Part shown: in pieces, positions 48,101 to 59,141 of the stretch
Position numbering within the stretch: position 1 is the first letter of the stretch
How the letters are laid out: the number at the start of each line of letters is the position of its first letter
Assembly (NCBI RefSeq): GCF_041146345.1
Contig: NW_027191405.1
Coordinates: 1,860,001-1,924,000, forward strand
DNA: 64,000 nucleotides
Source of the DNA: Neodothiora populina
Taxonomy: Eukaryota
Direction: 5' to 3'
Made by a program: the position numbers and the translations under genes
Notes under the pieces: model-generated
Database searches by the model: none
What the model saw: the letters and a program-made list of their open reading frames with translations, nothing else
Told to the model about the DNA's origin: nothing

Positions 48101-48596
48101 CAAACGGCAAAGGCAAAGGCAGAAGTACTTACTGCACAGAGGTGGGGCTGTTTGCCTGCCGCAAGGGACCCGAGGGACGCAAGGGACGCACCGAGCCTTG
48201 GGATTGTCTTTGGCCCGTTGGCCTCTGCGGTTGAGTACACGGAGGTGAAGAAGCTGCTACAAGTGAAAACGGTCTCGCATGGGTCTCTGCAATGGCATCA
48301 TATACTGGGGCTGAGGCTGAGGTGGATAGTGATAGTGATGCCGATGCTCCGTGTGAGAAGGGCAGTGATATCGCTCTGGGGGATGCGTTCTCAGGCAGGG
48401 GCTTCCTCCGAATTGGAGAGGAAACGGGGATAGATGAGGCCCTGTCGCGAAACGCAGAGAAGGATGGAATGGCTATTTGAGCGAGAGATGCTCGTTTAGT
48501 CCACTCTAATTGATGATCATCCGGGTGCACCTCCTCCTGGGCGCTCGCAAGCGACTCTGGAGATAGTAGTGAGGATCTAGCGGACATGGCGGACAT
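45180..48596 (-). CDS. Large fungal coiled-coil protein with Ser/Pro-rich N-terminus; function unknown
   Basis: The 978-codon ORF has extensive heptad repeats. Upstream exon 48596-48133 joins via intron 47986-48132 (GTAAGT..GCTAA..TAG), which keeps frame. Confidence 0.75.
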
Positions 48597-50891
48597 GATG
48601 GTCGATGCACATGACACACGCCCTTAGCTCTCTTGCAAGACGATACTACACCGTAGATAGATTGTCGTATCGAGTGTGCTCAGAAGTCGCGTCCGAGTCG
48701 AGTCGAGTCGAGACTCAGGGGCCTGACTATACGGGACTAGGCGAGAAAATCAGGCAGCGGTCCGTCGCGAAAATGACAACCCAAAAAGAAAAAAGGAGGC
48801 TCGACCGTTAGACTTGAGTGGGCGGCGGATCACTCGAGACGCGGCTAAGACAACAATCTACTTGTAGTAGAGTACTCCGTACTGACTAGAGTATGGCAAG
48901 CTTAGAGTAAGCGAGAGAAAATGTGAAATGAAAAGACGAAATTGCTCTGAATGATAACAGTGATAGCAGTGATTACAATACATGAAGATCCAGCCTGCTG
49001 GAAAATGCGATGGGCGCATGCTGGAGCTTAGGCGCCCACCGCTGCTACGAGGGCTACCGAAGTGCTTCGAGAAAAGATGATGAGATGCTGTTGATCCATC
49101 CTCGCCATCATCCGTCGCGGCATGAGCTCAAACATGCCAGTTCCAGAAAATCCACCAAGACAAGTCTTGATTGGCCCCTTTTCAATCGGCCCCTGTGTGC
49201 TTGCAGTGAGATGGTGGAAACCCTGAGTTGAGCTCCCCTGACTACTCGCACCTTAAACATCAGAGCTTGACTTTTTTAAGGGTGGCTTCGCGTCAGCACA
49301 CGGACGTTGTGTGACTCGCGCGCGTTGCGCCGTGGCTGGAGGTAAGATGGATGATGGTCAGGAATAGCATTGGGAAGATTATCGTCTTATTACTTCCACA
49401 CGAAACAATGGGGTCGTCGTGTCTGTCTCGTTTGGGACTTATACTACCGCAAATCTTTCCTTACTCGTGCAAGATATAGACGCGATATCTTCGCGTGTCC
49501 CGTTATAGTGAATCCACGGCACACGAGTACATTGACATGGCGGGCTCCAACCACAGAAATGGGCCGCTTTGTGCACATCCTCATTATACACCTCACCGCA
49601 TGATAACACAGCACTATGGTATGTCGACTAATGGTTGATATTTGCCAAAACACCTCATCGACTCCGTCTTTGTCCTCACGCACTGAAAGGTACCTTGCGC
49701 TACTCCATGAGCACATGATTACCCTTCACCCTCGTCGGCAAGAAGTACGACCTATTTCAGCTGTGAACTACGAGTACCTTACCTATGGCAAACCAGGGGT
49801 CCAATCGCCAAAATGTCGGTATCTGATTCTGACCTCGACTCCGAGCTATTCGCGGTCGGCAGACTTGCCATGCTCGCCTTTGTCGAGTTTCTTGCGAACT
49901 ACTAAACTATAGAATGGACGAAGATATGGATCGATATCTTGTGATCTGTTCGAATATCTTGATGATGGCGCTCCTCTCACCTGGCTTCTCTTAGACGTTG
50001 CCCTCCTGGAAGGGCTGCGAAAGTCATGTCTGTTTCAAGGTCTACTTCTACCTCACTAAACCCTGAAGGCCCTGACGGGCAGATGTGTGCCACTGAACAA
50101 ATCTCATAGGGTTCGAGATCCGGTAACAGCGAGTGTAAGATGCTGATCAAAAGTAGCCTGACACGTCGAATAAAGAGGTATGTTAATTATCTTACTTCTG
50201 CTTTGGTTGTTTATCTGCAAATCGCGGGGACATCTCAAGCTCGCATATCTCAACAGCAGCTAAATTCACATCTTACACTCCTCATCATCCTTGTCGACAT
50301 GTCATCTATATCAGCGATTGGAGAACAAACAAAGCTATGAGGAAGAAAGACTCTCGTATGGAACATTCTCAGAGACCAGAATGACGCCGACTATGGCTCA
50401 GCATGTTACCCAGTCGGTTGCCCACACGCATCTTTCGACACCATTGTCGGCCTAAGAACACCTGCATCATACGAGCAATCGTGTCATCTTATCCAAGGAT
50501 ACGGCTTCACACGACCCCTCATCGAAGGACCAAGTCGTCATTTCCATTCCACTACACAATGTGCAGCCTATTTCGTGTAATTGCATCTATTCGTTCGCTT
50601 GCGACATGTTACATGACGACGTTGCATACTGTACCTGTCGCCGGGAGAAGACAAGCCGATGATCTTCGACAGATCTTCTACGGTTCCTGGCAACCCCGCA
50701 CCCAGTGGAGACGGAATATATACCAAAATTTTCCCATCTCTTCCCCGCATATATGGTCATTAAACATGCGTGATCAGTCGGACTGCATGGCTATCGTCAT
50801 AGTCTGTTGTTCCACTTGCCCAAATCACACCAAGAGACAGGTGATCATGCATCTGATATGCTGGCATGCATCTATCATACTTCGGAGATCA

Positions 50892-50898
50892 GGCTAAA
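50892..50898 (+). promoter_or_regulatory. XlnR-type GGCTAAA site upstream of the alpha-xylosidase
   Basis: GGCTAAA about 140 nt upstream of ATG 51035, with TATA-like TTATATAT near 50965. Confidence 0.4.
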
Positions 50899-51034
50899 TT
50901 GATTGTTCAGCGGTGAAGTGTCTTGTTGCGTACCGCGGTTCCTTGCGTCTCCGCGTGGGAGGCATTATATATGACCTGGTAAGTGGATCTACACAAGTGA
51001 TATTGGCTCACCGATAGCTGTAAAGTTTCTTATC

Positions 51035-53275
51035 ATGGGTTTGTCTGTTCTATCGATTCTGGCCTTGAGCTGGACTTTCCTCCTCGATATCGTGAACTCA
51101 CAGAATGTGAGCGCCGGTTACATCTTCCCCAATTCAACAGGCTTTCGGATGCAACATGGATTTGAGACTGTATTAGTGCAGCCCTTTGGATGCGATGGTT
51201 TCAGGGTGAGAGCTTGGCCGTTCCGTCCGCCTACTGGCGACGAGATCAGCTTCGTTTATGATCCGCCGCTCGAAGGTCCGGAGAACGGTAAAGCTCGAGG
51301 CATGACTTTCGACACTAAGACCAATGGCAATGGATCTGTTTCGATCAGGAACGGAAACACTATTGTCCGAACCTATGGACTAGACGGTGGTCACTATCGC
51401 TTAGCTTTCTACCGAGTCAATGAAGACAAGTCAGAAACACTACTCACGAACGAATACAATCCTGTCAAGGCTCTCAATCCTCGCTATTATTCTTGGGCAA
51501 ACTCTATCAGCAGTGACTTTGCAGCCGAGTATTCATTCAGTGCAACCCCAGACGAGCAGATTTTTGGGACAGGCACCCAGCAGGATCACCTTATCAACAA
51601 GAAAGGCTCGGTCATTGATCTCATCAACTTCAACACGCATATCCCTACTCCAGTCTTTATGAGCAGTCGTGGATATGGATTTGTCTGGAACTCTGCTGCC
51701 GAGGGAAGAATGGAGTTTGGAACCTTGAGAACACGCATTACATCCGAGTCCACCAGCTTGGTCGATTATGTCATTGTCAGCGCTCCGGAGGGCGACTACG
51801 ACTCCCTGCAGCGGAAATTGTCAGCCTTGACTGGTAGAGCACCCAACCCGCCAGAGTTCTCTCTTGGGTACTTGCATTCCAAACTACGTTACGAGAACCA
51901 GACTGAAGTTCTCCTTCTTGCACAAAACTTCAAGGACCGCAACATTCCCGTATCGCTGATCGTGATCGACTACCAAAGCTGGGCACAGCAGGGTGACTGG
52001 GGACTTGATCCTAGACTGTGGCCGAATGTCTCCTACATGGCTGATCAAGTCAAGCAGCTGACTGGTGCAGAGATGATGGGATCTCTTTGGCCAAGTGTAT
52101 CTGATCTCAGCGAGAACTATGTCGAGATGCAAGCTGCTGGGTATCTTTCGGCTACCAAATCCGGTCCTGGAACCACAGACTCTTGGAATGGATCGTACAT
52201 CCGTAACTACGACTCTACCAACCCCGGAGCGCGGGACTTTCTCTGGGACACGCTCAAAAGGAACTACTTCGAGAAGGGTATCAAGAACTTTTGGATCGAT
52301 CAGGCTGATGGCGGTGCCCTTGGAGAAGCGTGGGAGAACAACGGCCAATACTCTTACATCCAGTCGATCCCTTACGCACGGCCAGACACTCTCTATCATG
52401 CGGGCACACAAGCGAGTGTAGGCAAACTATATCCCTGGGCCCATCAGCAAGCTATTGAAGAAGGAACTCGCAACGCGACCGGTACTGAGCAAGGCGCGCC
52501 GTGCGACTATGTATCCCTCAGTCGCTCAGGTTACATTGGCTCCCAGCGATTCTGCAGCATCGTATGGTCCGGGGACACTGTGGCTATCTGGGATACTCTT
52601 GCCGCTCAGGTCTCATTAGGTCTATCCGCCGCATCGACAGGTTGGTCGTGGTGGACCGTTGACGCAGGCGGATTCCAAGCCGATCCAACGATCGAATGGA
52701 GCAACAACATCGACAGACCCGAATACCGCGAGCTCTACGTCCGATGGCTCCAATGGACCACGTTCCTACCCTTTATGCGTAACCACGGCTCAAGATCATG
52801 TGATGTGCAAAGCGCGTATACCTGCGACAACGAACCCTGGACGTACGGCTCCGAGAACACGCCCACCATCGTCTCGTACATTAACCTCCGTTACACTCTT
52901 ATGAACTACCTCAAGGCCATATTCAACGAATTCCACGTCTCCGGACGCATGATTATGCGACCTCTGTTCATGGACTTCTCCATCTCAGACTCAGCAGTCA
53001 TGCAACTGACCAAGAACAACAGCAACGTCACCACTCAGCAGTACATGTTCGGGCCGAGGCTGCTCGTCACTCCCGTCACTCTGCCTAACGTCACGGAGTG
53101 GGATGTTTACCTCCCTGCTACTGGCGGCAATTCATCAGCCAAGCCTTGGACTTATTGGTGGACTAATCAGACTTATGCTGGTGGTCAGACGGTGAGTGTG
53201 CCTACGCCGCTTGAACACATTCCTCTCTTTCATCTCGGATCTAGGGACGATGTTTTGTCAGGTGGCGTCTTTTGA
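51035..53275 (+). CDS. axlA: Secreted GH31 alpha-xylosidase (Aspergillus niger AxlA-like)
   Basis: Signal peptide. The N-terminus PNSTGFRMQHGFETVLVQPFGCDGFRVRAWPFRPP matches the AxlA subfamily as I recall it. Nucleophile region FWIDQADGG, acid/base WSGD, plus DAGGF and FMRNHG. Intronless. Confidence 0.88.
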   Translation: MGLSVLSILALSWTFLLDIVNSQNVSAGYIFPNSTGFRMQHGFETVLVQPFGCDGFRVRAWPFRPPTGDEISFVYDPPLEGPENGKARGMTFDTKTNGNGSVSIRNGNTIVRTYGLDGGHYRLAFYRVNEDKSETLLTNEYNPVKALNPRYYSWANSISSDFAAEYSFSATPDEQIFGTGTQQDHLINKKGSVIDLINFNTHIPTPVFMSSRGYGFVWNSAAEGRMEFGTLRTRITSESTSLVDYVIVSAPEGDYDSLQRKLSALTGRAPNPPEFSLGYLHSKLRYENQTEVLLLAQNFKDRNIPVSLIVIDYQSWAQQGDWGLDPRLWPNVSYMADQVKQLTGAEMMGSLWPSVSDLSENYVEMQAAGYLSATKSGPGTTDSWNGSYIRNYDSTNPGARDFLWDTLKRNYFEKGIKNFWIDQADGGALGEAWENNGQYSYIQSIPYARPDTLYHAGTQASVGKLYPWAHQQAIEEGTRNATGTEQGAPCDYVSLSRSGYIGSQRFCSIVWSGDTVAIWDTLAAQVSLGLSAASTGWSWWTVDAGGFQADPTIEWSNNIDRPEYRELYVRWLQWTTFLPFMRNHGSRSCDVQSAYTCDNEPWTYGSENTPTIVSYINLRYTLMNYLKAIFNEFHVSGRMIMRPLFMDFSISDSAVMQLTKNNSNVTTQQYMFGPRLLVTPVTLPNVTEWDVYLPATGGNSSAKPWTYWWTNQTYAGGQTVSVPTPLEHIPLFHLGSRDDVLSGGVF

Positions 53276-53693
53276 TGGTCTCGACCGACATCCACATTTC
53301 TCCGAAGACCAACGAGGACGAAAAGAAGACGGGATAGCGAGGATGCGCGGATCGTAGCATCAGACTTTTCGGCATACTCAACCCAATGAATAAGATCATG
53401 AATTATGTGCATACATTATAGTTCGTGCATATCACAGAGATATTTACATGTGATATTATCGTATACAGTTCTTCTCACACCTCGGTTCCCCTTCCCTCTC
53501 CCTCATATATTCATTATTTACAATTCATGAAAACATAAACAGAGAACGCAATGAGCCCGAAGTATTTACAAATTGGCTCTGGTCTTCACATACCTCTTCC
53601 TCACGTACCTCCGTCGTCCTCTACTCTAGCAGACCATGGACTGTTATACCATCGTCATCTTTCTTTCCCTTCTCTCTCGATATCTATCAGTGG

Positions 53694-55401
53694 TCATGAA
53701 GCATTAGAGTTGACCTGCTCAATCTGCAAAGTAGCCGTCTTCTTCTCATCGAGATGCACCTCTTTCCCCGCCGAATGCGAAACAGTAGTGGCGAAAGGGT
53801 CGACGACAGTGCTGCTGAACTTGCGAGCCGACACCTTCATCTCGAACAGCATATCCAGCTCGGCGTAAGTGCGTCCCTTGGGCTCCGGCAGACGGAAGAA
53901 AGTCCAGGTGAAACAGAGCGAGCACATGCCTGCCCAGAAGAATCCGGACTTGGCGCCCCAGTTCCAGGCTGTGGGGTTGAGCATGTGGGGAGTCAGCACG
54001 TTGGTGCTGATGCCGGTGATGTTGTAGAGGTTGCGGGCCAGGACGATGGTCTTCTGGCGGAGACGGGTGGACGAGAGCTCGGCGACGAGGGAGTAGCAGA
54101 CTGGACCGACGGTGGCGTCGTAGGTGAACGTGTAGGCGAGGAGCATGGATCCAATGGCCCATTGGGCACCGACGTTATCGCGGGGCGCGATGGCGCAGAA
54201 GCCGACGATGAGCAACAGGATGGCCATGATAATTTGTCCGTAGAGATAAAGAGTGCGGCGGCCGAATTTGGTCATCAGGAACCAGGAAGATATAGTGCCG
54301 ACGGCGCCGAGAGCGTACTGACCCAATGACATGGAGAAAGCATTAGAAGTGTCGAGGCCGGCTTGCTCGTAGAAGTAGGTCGAGTAGCCCATGAATGTCG
54401 AACCACAAAGAGTCTGAACAGCCCAGACGCAGCAGACAATCTCGGTGCGACGGAGGTCGACACCTTTGAAGCAGTTCAAGTACGATGTGCCCTCTGAAGC
54501 GGCCTTCTCGAGTTCGTTGGTGTGGATCATCATGGCAATGGTCTCGTCGGCGTTGACGTTGGTAGTGTTGGAAGTGAGTCGGTGGAGCATGCGCTTGGCC
54601 TCTTCCTTGCGACCTTTACGAACTAGCCACCAAGGGGACTCGGGGGCAAGAGCGATGCCAATCATGAGTGGGAGAGGCCACATCCACTGAAGAGCAAAGG
54701 GGATCTTGTAAGCAAGCTCATCAGTGCGACCACTGATGCCCTTAAGTACTGCGGAAGAGAGGAACTGGCCAAAGACCCAGCAAAGATTGACATATGTGGT
54801 AAGATAGGCACGAAGAGCGACCGGGCATACTTCGGCGGCATAAGTGGTCGTGAGGGTCTGGAAAACACCCCAGGGAAGTCCACAGCTGAGATTGCAGATC
54901 AGTATCAACTCAATGGTTTGAATGTGTTTGCAAGGCCACTTACAGGATCTCTCCGATGAGAAGCATGGTGAAGTTCTTGGCGAAGAAGAGGATGAAGATG
55001 AAGCCAGTGAGCATGGCAAGAGCACCAATCATAGTCTTCTTGAATCCAAGACGATCGGCAACCATACCAGCAGCGAAAAGACCAAGAATCTCTCCGACCA
55101 GAGCACCATTGGAGAGACCGGTCTGCCAAGCGGCGGTCACTTCGTAGCCACCCTCAGGTGTAGGAGAGCCAAATTTCTGCTTGAATGCCGGCACAGCGAA
55201 AAGTGAATTGATAAGGACGATATCGAATCCTTCCATGACAATGCAGGTACTGAGAAGGATCGACCACCCCACAGCCTTGGGATAAGTCTTCAGACCTTGC
55301 AACAGAGTCATGGAATGCTCTGCTTCCGTGGCCCTCTGGGCGTCCAGAGTCGTGTTGGCATCCAGATCCACCTGGTGGAGGTCTTGTACAGCGACAGGCA
55401 T
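53694..55401 (-). CDS. malP: Maltose/alpha-glucoside permease (MFS sugar porter, Mal31/MalP-like)
   Basis: EHSMTLLQGLKTYPKAVGWS, GLPWGVFQTLTTTYAAEVCP, PESPWWLVRKG and LPEPKGRTYAELD. Intron 54886-54943. Confidence 0.93.
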
Positions 55402-55572
55402 TGTTTCTCAGAATATGAAGAACGACTTGAGGTAATGAAAGTGAGACTCGACTGATCAGAGACTATAAGAGAAGAGATGACAAGTGAAGTGATCGTGCTC
55501 TATACCCCATGGGATCGCGACATGGAGATTTTATATCCTCGAACGAATGTATGTCAGGTATAGAAGATGCTG

Positions 55573-56589
55573 CCCCAGATATGACCCCAGATAATAGAAC
55601 GTTCCCCCCGCACAAAGACATGGGAATATCATGGCTTTGTCAACGTAATGCAAAGTTTGTTGGGTATAGTGTACAGAAGGTGTAGTGAAGGGCAATGTGG
55701 CACAGACCATGGCACTTAGTCGTCGGACCGAAATCCCACCTATGAGAACATGGATTCTATCAACGGTGGCCTAGTCGAGAACGACGACGGCTTTTGGAGG
55801 CTTGGAAAAGTGAGTTTGCTCCTACCCGGCAATAATACAGTACCTCGAGCCTTGGCCTGATGGTCACGCTGTCCATCGAAACAGAGTAGGGATACCTTGT
55901 ATTGAAGGATGTGAGCATAGAGGATATGTCGGACCGAAAGGATTAGGTTCAGATCCGCTATGGAATCGACGGTATACATAAGATCTTGGATGCGTCGACG
56001 TGACTTCTAATGGGAGGGCGCTCCCCCATCGAGCACTGCCGCTGCGCTAAGGTCTGTCTCATCTACGGGGTACTCCGTATAGTATGGCAATTCCGATATC
56101 CCTCGCCGAAAATGAGTCCGAGAAAGTATTATAGCACAATAGACCCTACAAGATGTGGGCTGATTCGGCTGTGGACCCCGCAAAAGGCTTTGTGAAGGTT
56201 TGGTTCACAGAAGACAAGAGGACTTGTCCTGTTTAAGAATTGGTTGTCAATCACGGATCGGGTCTAACGCCACCCCGCAACCGACACAAGATACCTAGCC
56301 ATAAACCGAAATCCTGCAACTTCAACATCGCCATGCACATGCAGATTTCAGCTCAGTATAGGGCCTTGTTTAGCTTCGTCTGACTGATATTTAACAGCAA
56401 ATGCGGTCATAACATCTCGGATCGAGATCGGCTATCTCCAAAAGACATGCACACATCGCCAAGTAGGTGATCTTTTGGTGTGGGTCCGCTATCGTGGGCC
56501 GACAGACAGCCAATGATTGAACTTGATATTGCATAAACATGGACGATCTTCAATCTCCATCTTCATGAACAGGGAGGGGCCCCGTGGGG
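55573..56589. promoter_or_regulatory. Cluster of CreA/Mig1 SYGGRG catabolite-repression sites
   Basis: CCCCAG at 55573 and 55585; CCCCGC at 55606, 56176 and 56273; GTGGGG at 56584. Confidence 0.45.
56418..56431 (+). promoter_or_regulatory. CGG-N8-CGG direct repeat (AmyR-type Zn2Cys6 site) in the permease/maltase divergent promoter
   Basis: Sequence CGG ATCGAGAT CGG. A CCG-N9-CCG element also lies at 56106-56120. Confidence 0.45.
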
Positions 56590-56861
56590 TTCTGTCTCAA
56601 CCGGTGGTGCCTTTTCATGTGCTTAAACTATTTCTGTAAGCTAAGTTTGCAATGCCAGAGATTATAGATGCCCCTTCTCTGTCCGCATCCTGTTTCTGGT
56701 TCTCTTTCTTTCTTTATTTCTATCCTCATCGGTACTCTTCATACATTTCTCGGAAATCTATCATAACCGCATACACTCTGTGGACACTGTATTCTGTCAT
56801 TGGTGTGCTACTTGTCAATTACTTGCTACCCTGCGGTGAACCTTACCTTACCCATATAACC

Positions 56862-58637
56862 ATGACTATCATGCAACGCCCTTGGTGGAAGGATGGGGTT
56901 GTATATCAAATCTATCCTGCCAGTTTCAAAGATTCGAATGGGGACGGGATTGGTGATATACCAGGCATCACGCAGAGTCTCGATTACATCAAATCACTCG
57001 GTGTGAACATTATCTGGGTTTGTCCAATGTATGATTCTCCACAAATCGATATGGGATACGACATATCCAACTACGAAGCGGTTTATCCTCCGTACGGGAC
57101 CGTTGCCGATATGGAGGAGTTGATTCAACAATGCCATGCGCGTGGAATGCGAGTTCTGCTCGACTTGGTCATCAACCATACTTCGGATCAGCACAAATGG
57201 TTCCAGGAATCACGTTCATCCAAAACCAACCCCAAACGCGACTGGTACATATGGAGACCTGCCAAGTACGATGAGCAAGGTAAGCGAGGACCTCCAAACA
57301 ACTGGCGGTCCAATTTTGGTGGGAGTGTCTGGGAGTGGGACGAGCACACCGAGGAATACTTCCTACACCTTTTCTGTCCAGAGCAGCCAGACCTGAATTG
57401 GGAGAACGAGGAGACACGTGAGGCAATCTACGCCAGTGCTATGACGTTCTGGCTGGACAAAGGTGTCGATGGCTTCCGAGTAGATACCGTCAACATGTAC
57501 TCAAAGCCGCCCACTTATCCGGATGCTCGCATCACTGATCCAGGCGCGGCATGGCAAGAAGCTGGTCAAGTGTATTGCAATGGACCGCGCATGCATGAGT
57601 TTCTTGGCGAGATGAACAACATTCTCTCTCGGTATGGTGCCATGACAGTTGGTGAGTGTCCTCATACACCAGACATGTCGAGAGTTGTGAAGTACGTGAG
57701 TGCCAAGGAAAAGCAATTGGACATGGTAAGTGAAGCAGCACAACTCGTTTAGTTTGGGATCTAACATGGAACCTCACAGGTGTTCCAATTCGACACAGTT
57801 GACCTTGGCATGGGCAAAGTCTTCAAATACCAAACAACCCCATTCAATTGGTCACTCAAGGATCTCAAAGAGTCGATAACACGCACACAAGGCATCATAT
57901 CTGGCACGGATGCCTGGACGACAGTCTTCATGGAGAATCATGACCAGGCTCGATGTGTATCACGCTTTGGAGATGACTCTCCAGAATGGCGAGTCAGATC
58001 TGGGAAGATGCTGGCCCTCATGAACGCCGCACTCAGCGGAACTCTCTACATATACCAGGGACAGGAAATTGGAATGATCAATCTCCCGCGGGATCTCCCG
58101 ATAGACGAATATAAAGACATCGAGTCTGGCAACTACTATAAGATGGTTGCAGAGCGTAGCAACAATGATCCAGTCAAACTTGCCGAGGCACACGCTGCAA
58201 TCCAGCATCTCGCTCGCGATCATGCACGTTCGCCCATGCAATGGACGTCGGAGCTTCCCAATGGTGGATTTACCGGCTCGGAGACAACGCCGTGGATGAG
58301 GGTCAACCCATACACTGCAGATATCAATGTCTCGCAGCAACTCGGAGACAAGGAATCTGTCATGGCATTCTGGAAACGCATGCTTGAGGTCCGCAGGAAA
58401 TTTGACAACCTACTCGTGCATGGAGACTTCAGCGTTGTAGACGCAAAGAATCAGCATGTCTTTTCTTTCGTCAAGAATTGGAGAGATCGAACTGCTTTGG
58501 TTGTTTGTAACTTCAGTGGGAAAGATCAGCCACTGCCAAATGAGGTCCCCGGCCATTATGAATACTTGGCTGGCAACGTTGACGACCGTACTGACGATTT
58601 AGAGCCGTGGGAAGGCCGAATCTACTTGGTTGATTAG
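56862..58637 (+). CDS. malT: Intracellular GH13 alpha-glucosidase/maltase (MalT-like)
   Basis: WWKDGVVYQIYPASFKDSNGDGIGD, DLVINHTS, nucleophile GFRVDTVN, acid/base TVGE and ENHDQ. Intron 57726-57779. No signal peptide. Confidence 0.95.
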
Positions 58638-59141
58638 ACTTTCGCAAGGCTGTTGTAGACGTTTGGGGATCCGATGAATAAATGGCTTTCTTTATGCGTA
58701 ACACATATTTACTGATAGATATATATGTAAATGTTGACTGCGTCCCGTGGAATTATCTTCACTCAGGGTTGTTCTCTACCATGACTCGAATATCCTTCTA
58801 TTGAGCTTCGATGGTCCAATGCTCAGAGATACTGTATAATGCATCAGTATCGTTAGTCGCAGGTTTAAGTAACTCATGGCGCAAACCCTCGCGGATAGCC
58901 TCGGCCCTTTTTCTGTCATCAAATAGACTTCAGCGTGCTTCTCCACACTTTCGTCTCTGGACGTCAAAGTTAGCATACCTTACAAGACAACACATATCTT
59001 GAAAGTCTACAGTCTCTACCTCTTGTGTTTGCGAGTTGCGCTCACAAGACCTTTTGTTTTCAAGCAATGGGGAATTGTACATGAAATGCTTCCGCAGTAG
59101 TCTTGTGATTTCTTTAAAACGCCTCGAGCCTCCCTCCGCCC

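Noticed and set aside
56652..56861. Hydrophobic N-terminal extension of the maltase ORF
   Set aside because: Pyrimidine-rich promoter/5'-UTR sequence. Family similarity starts at MTIMQRPWWK (ATG 56862).
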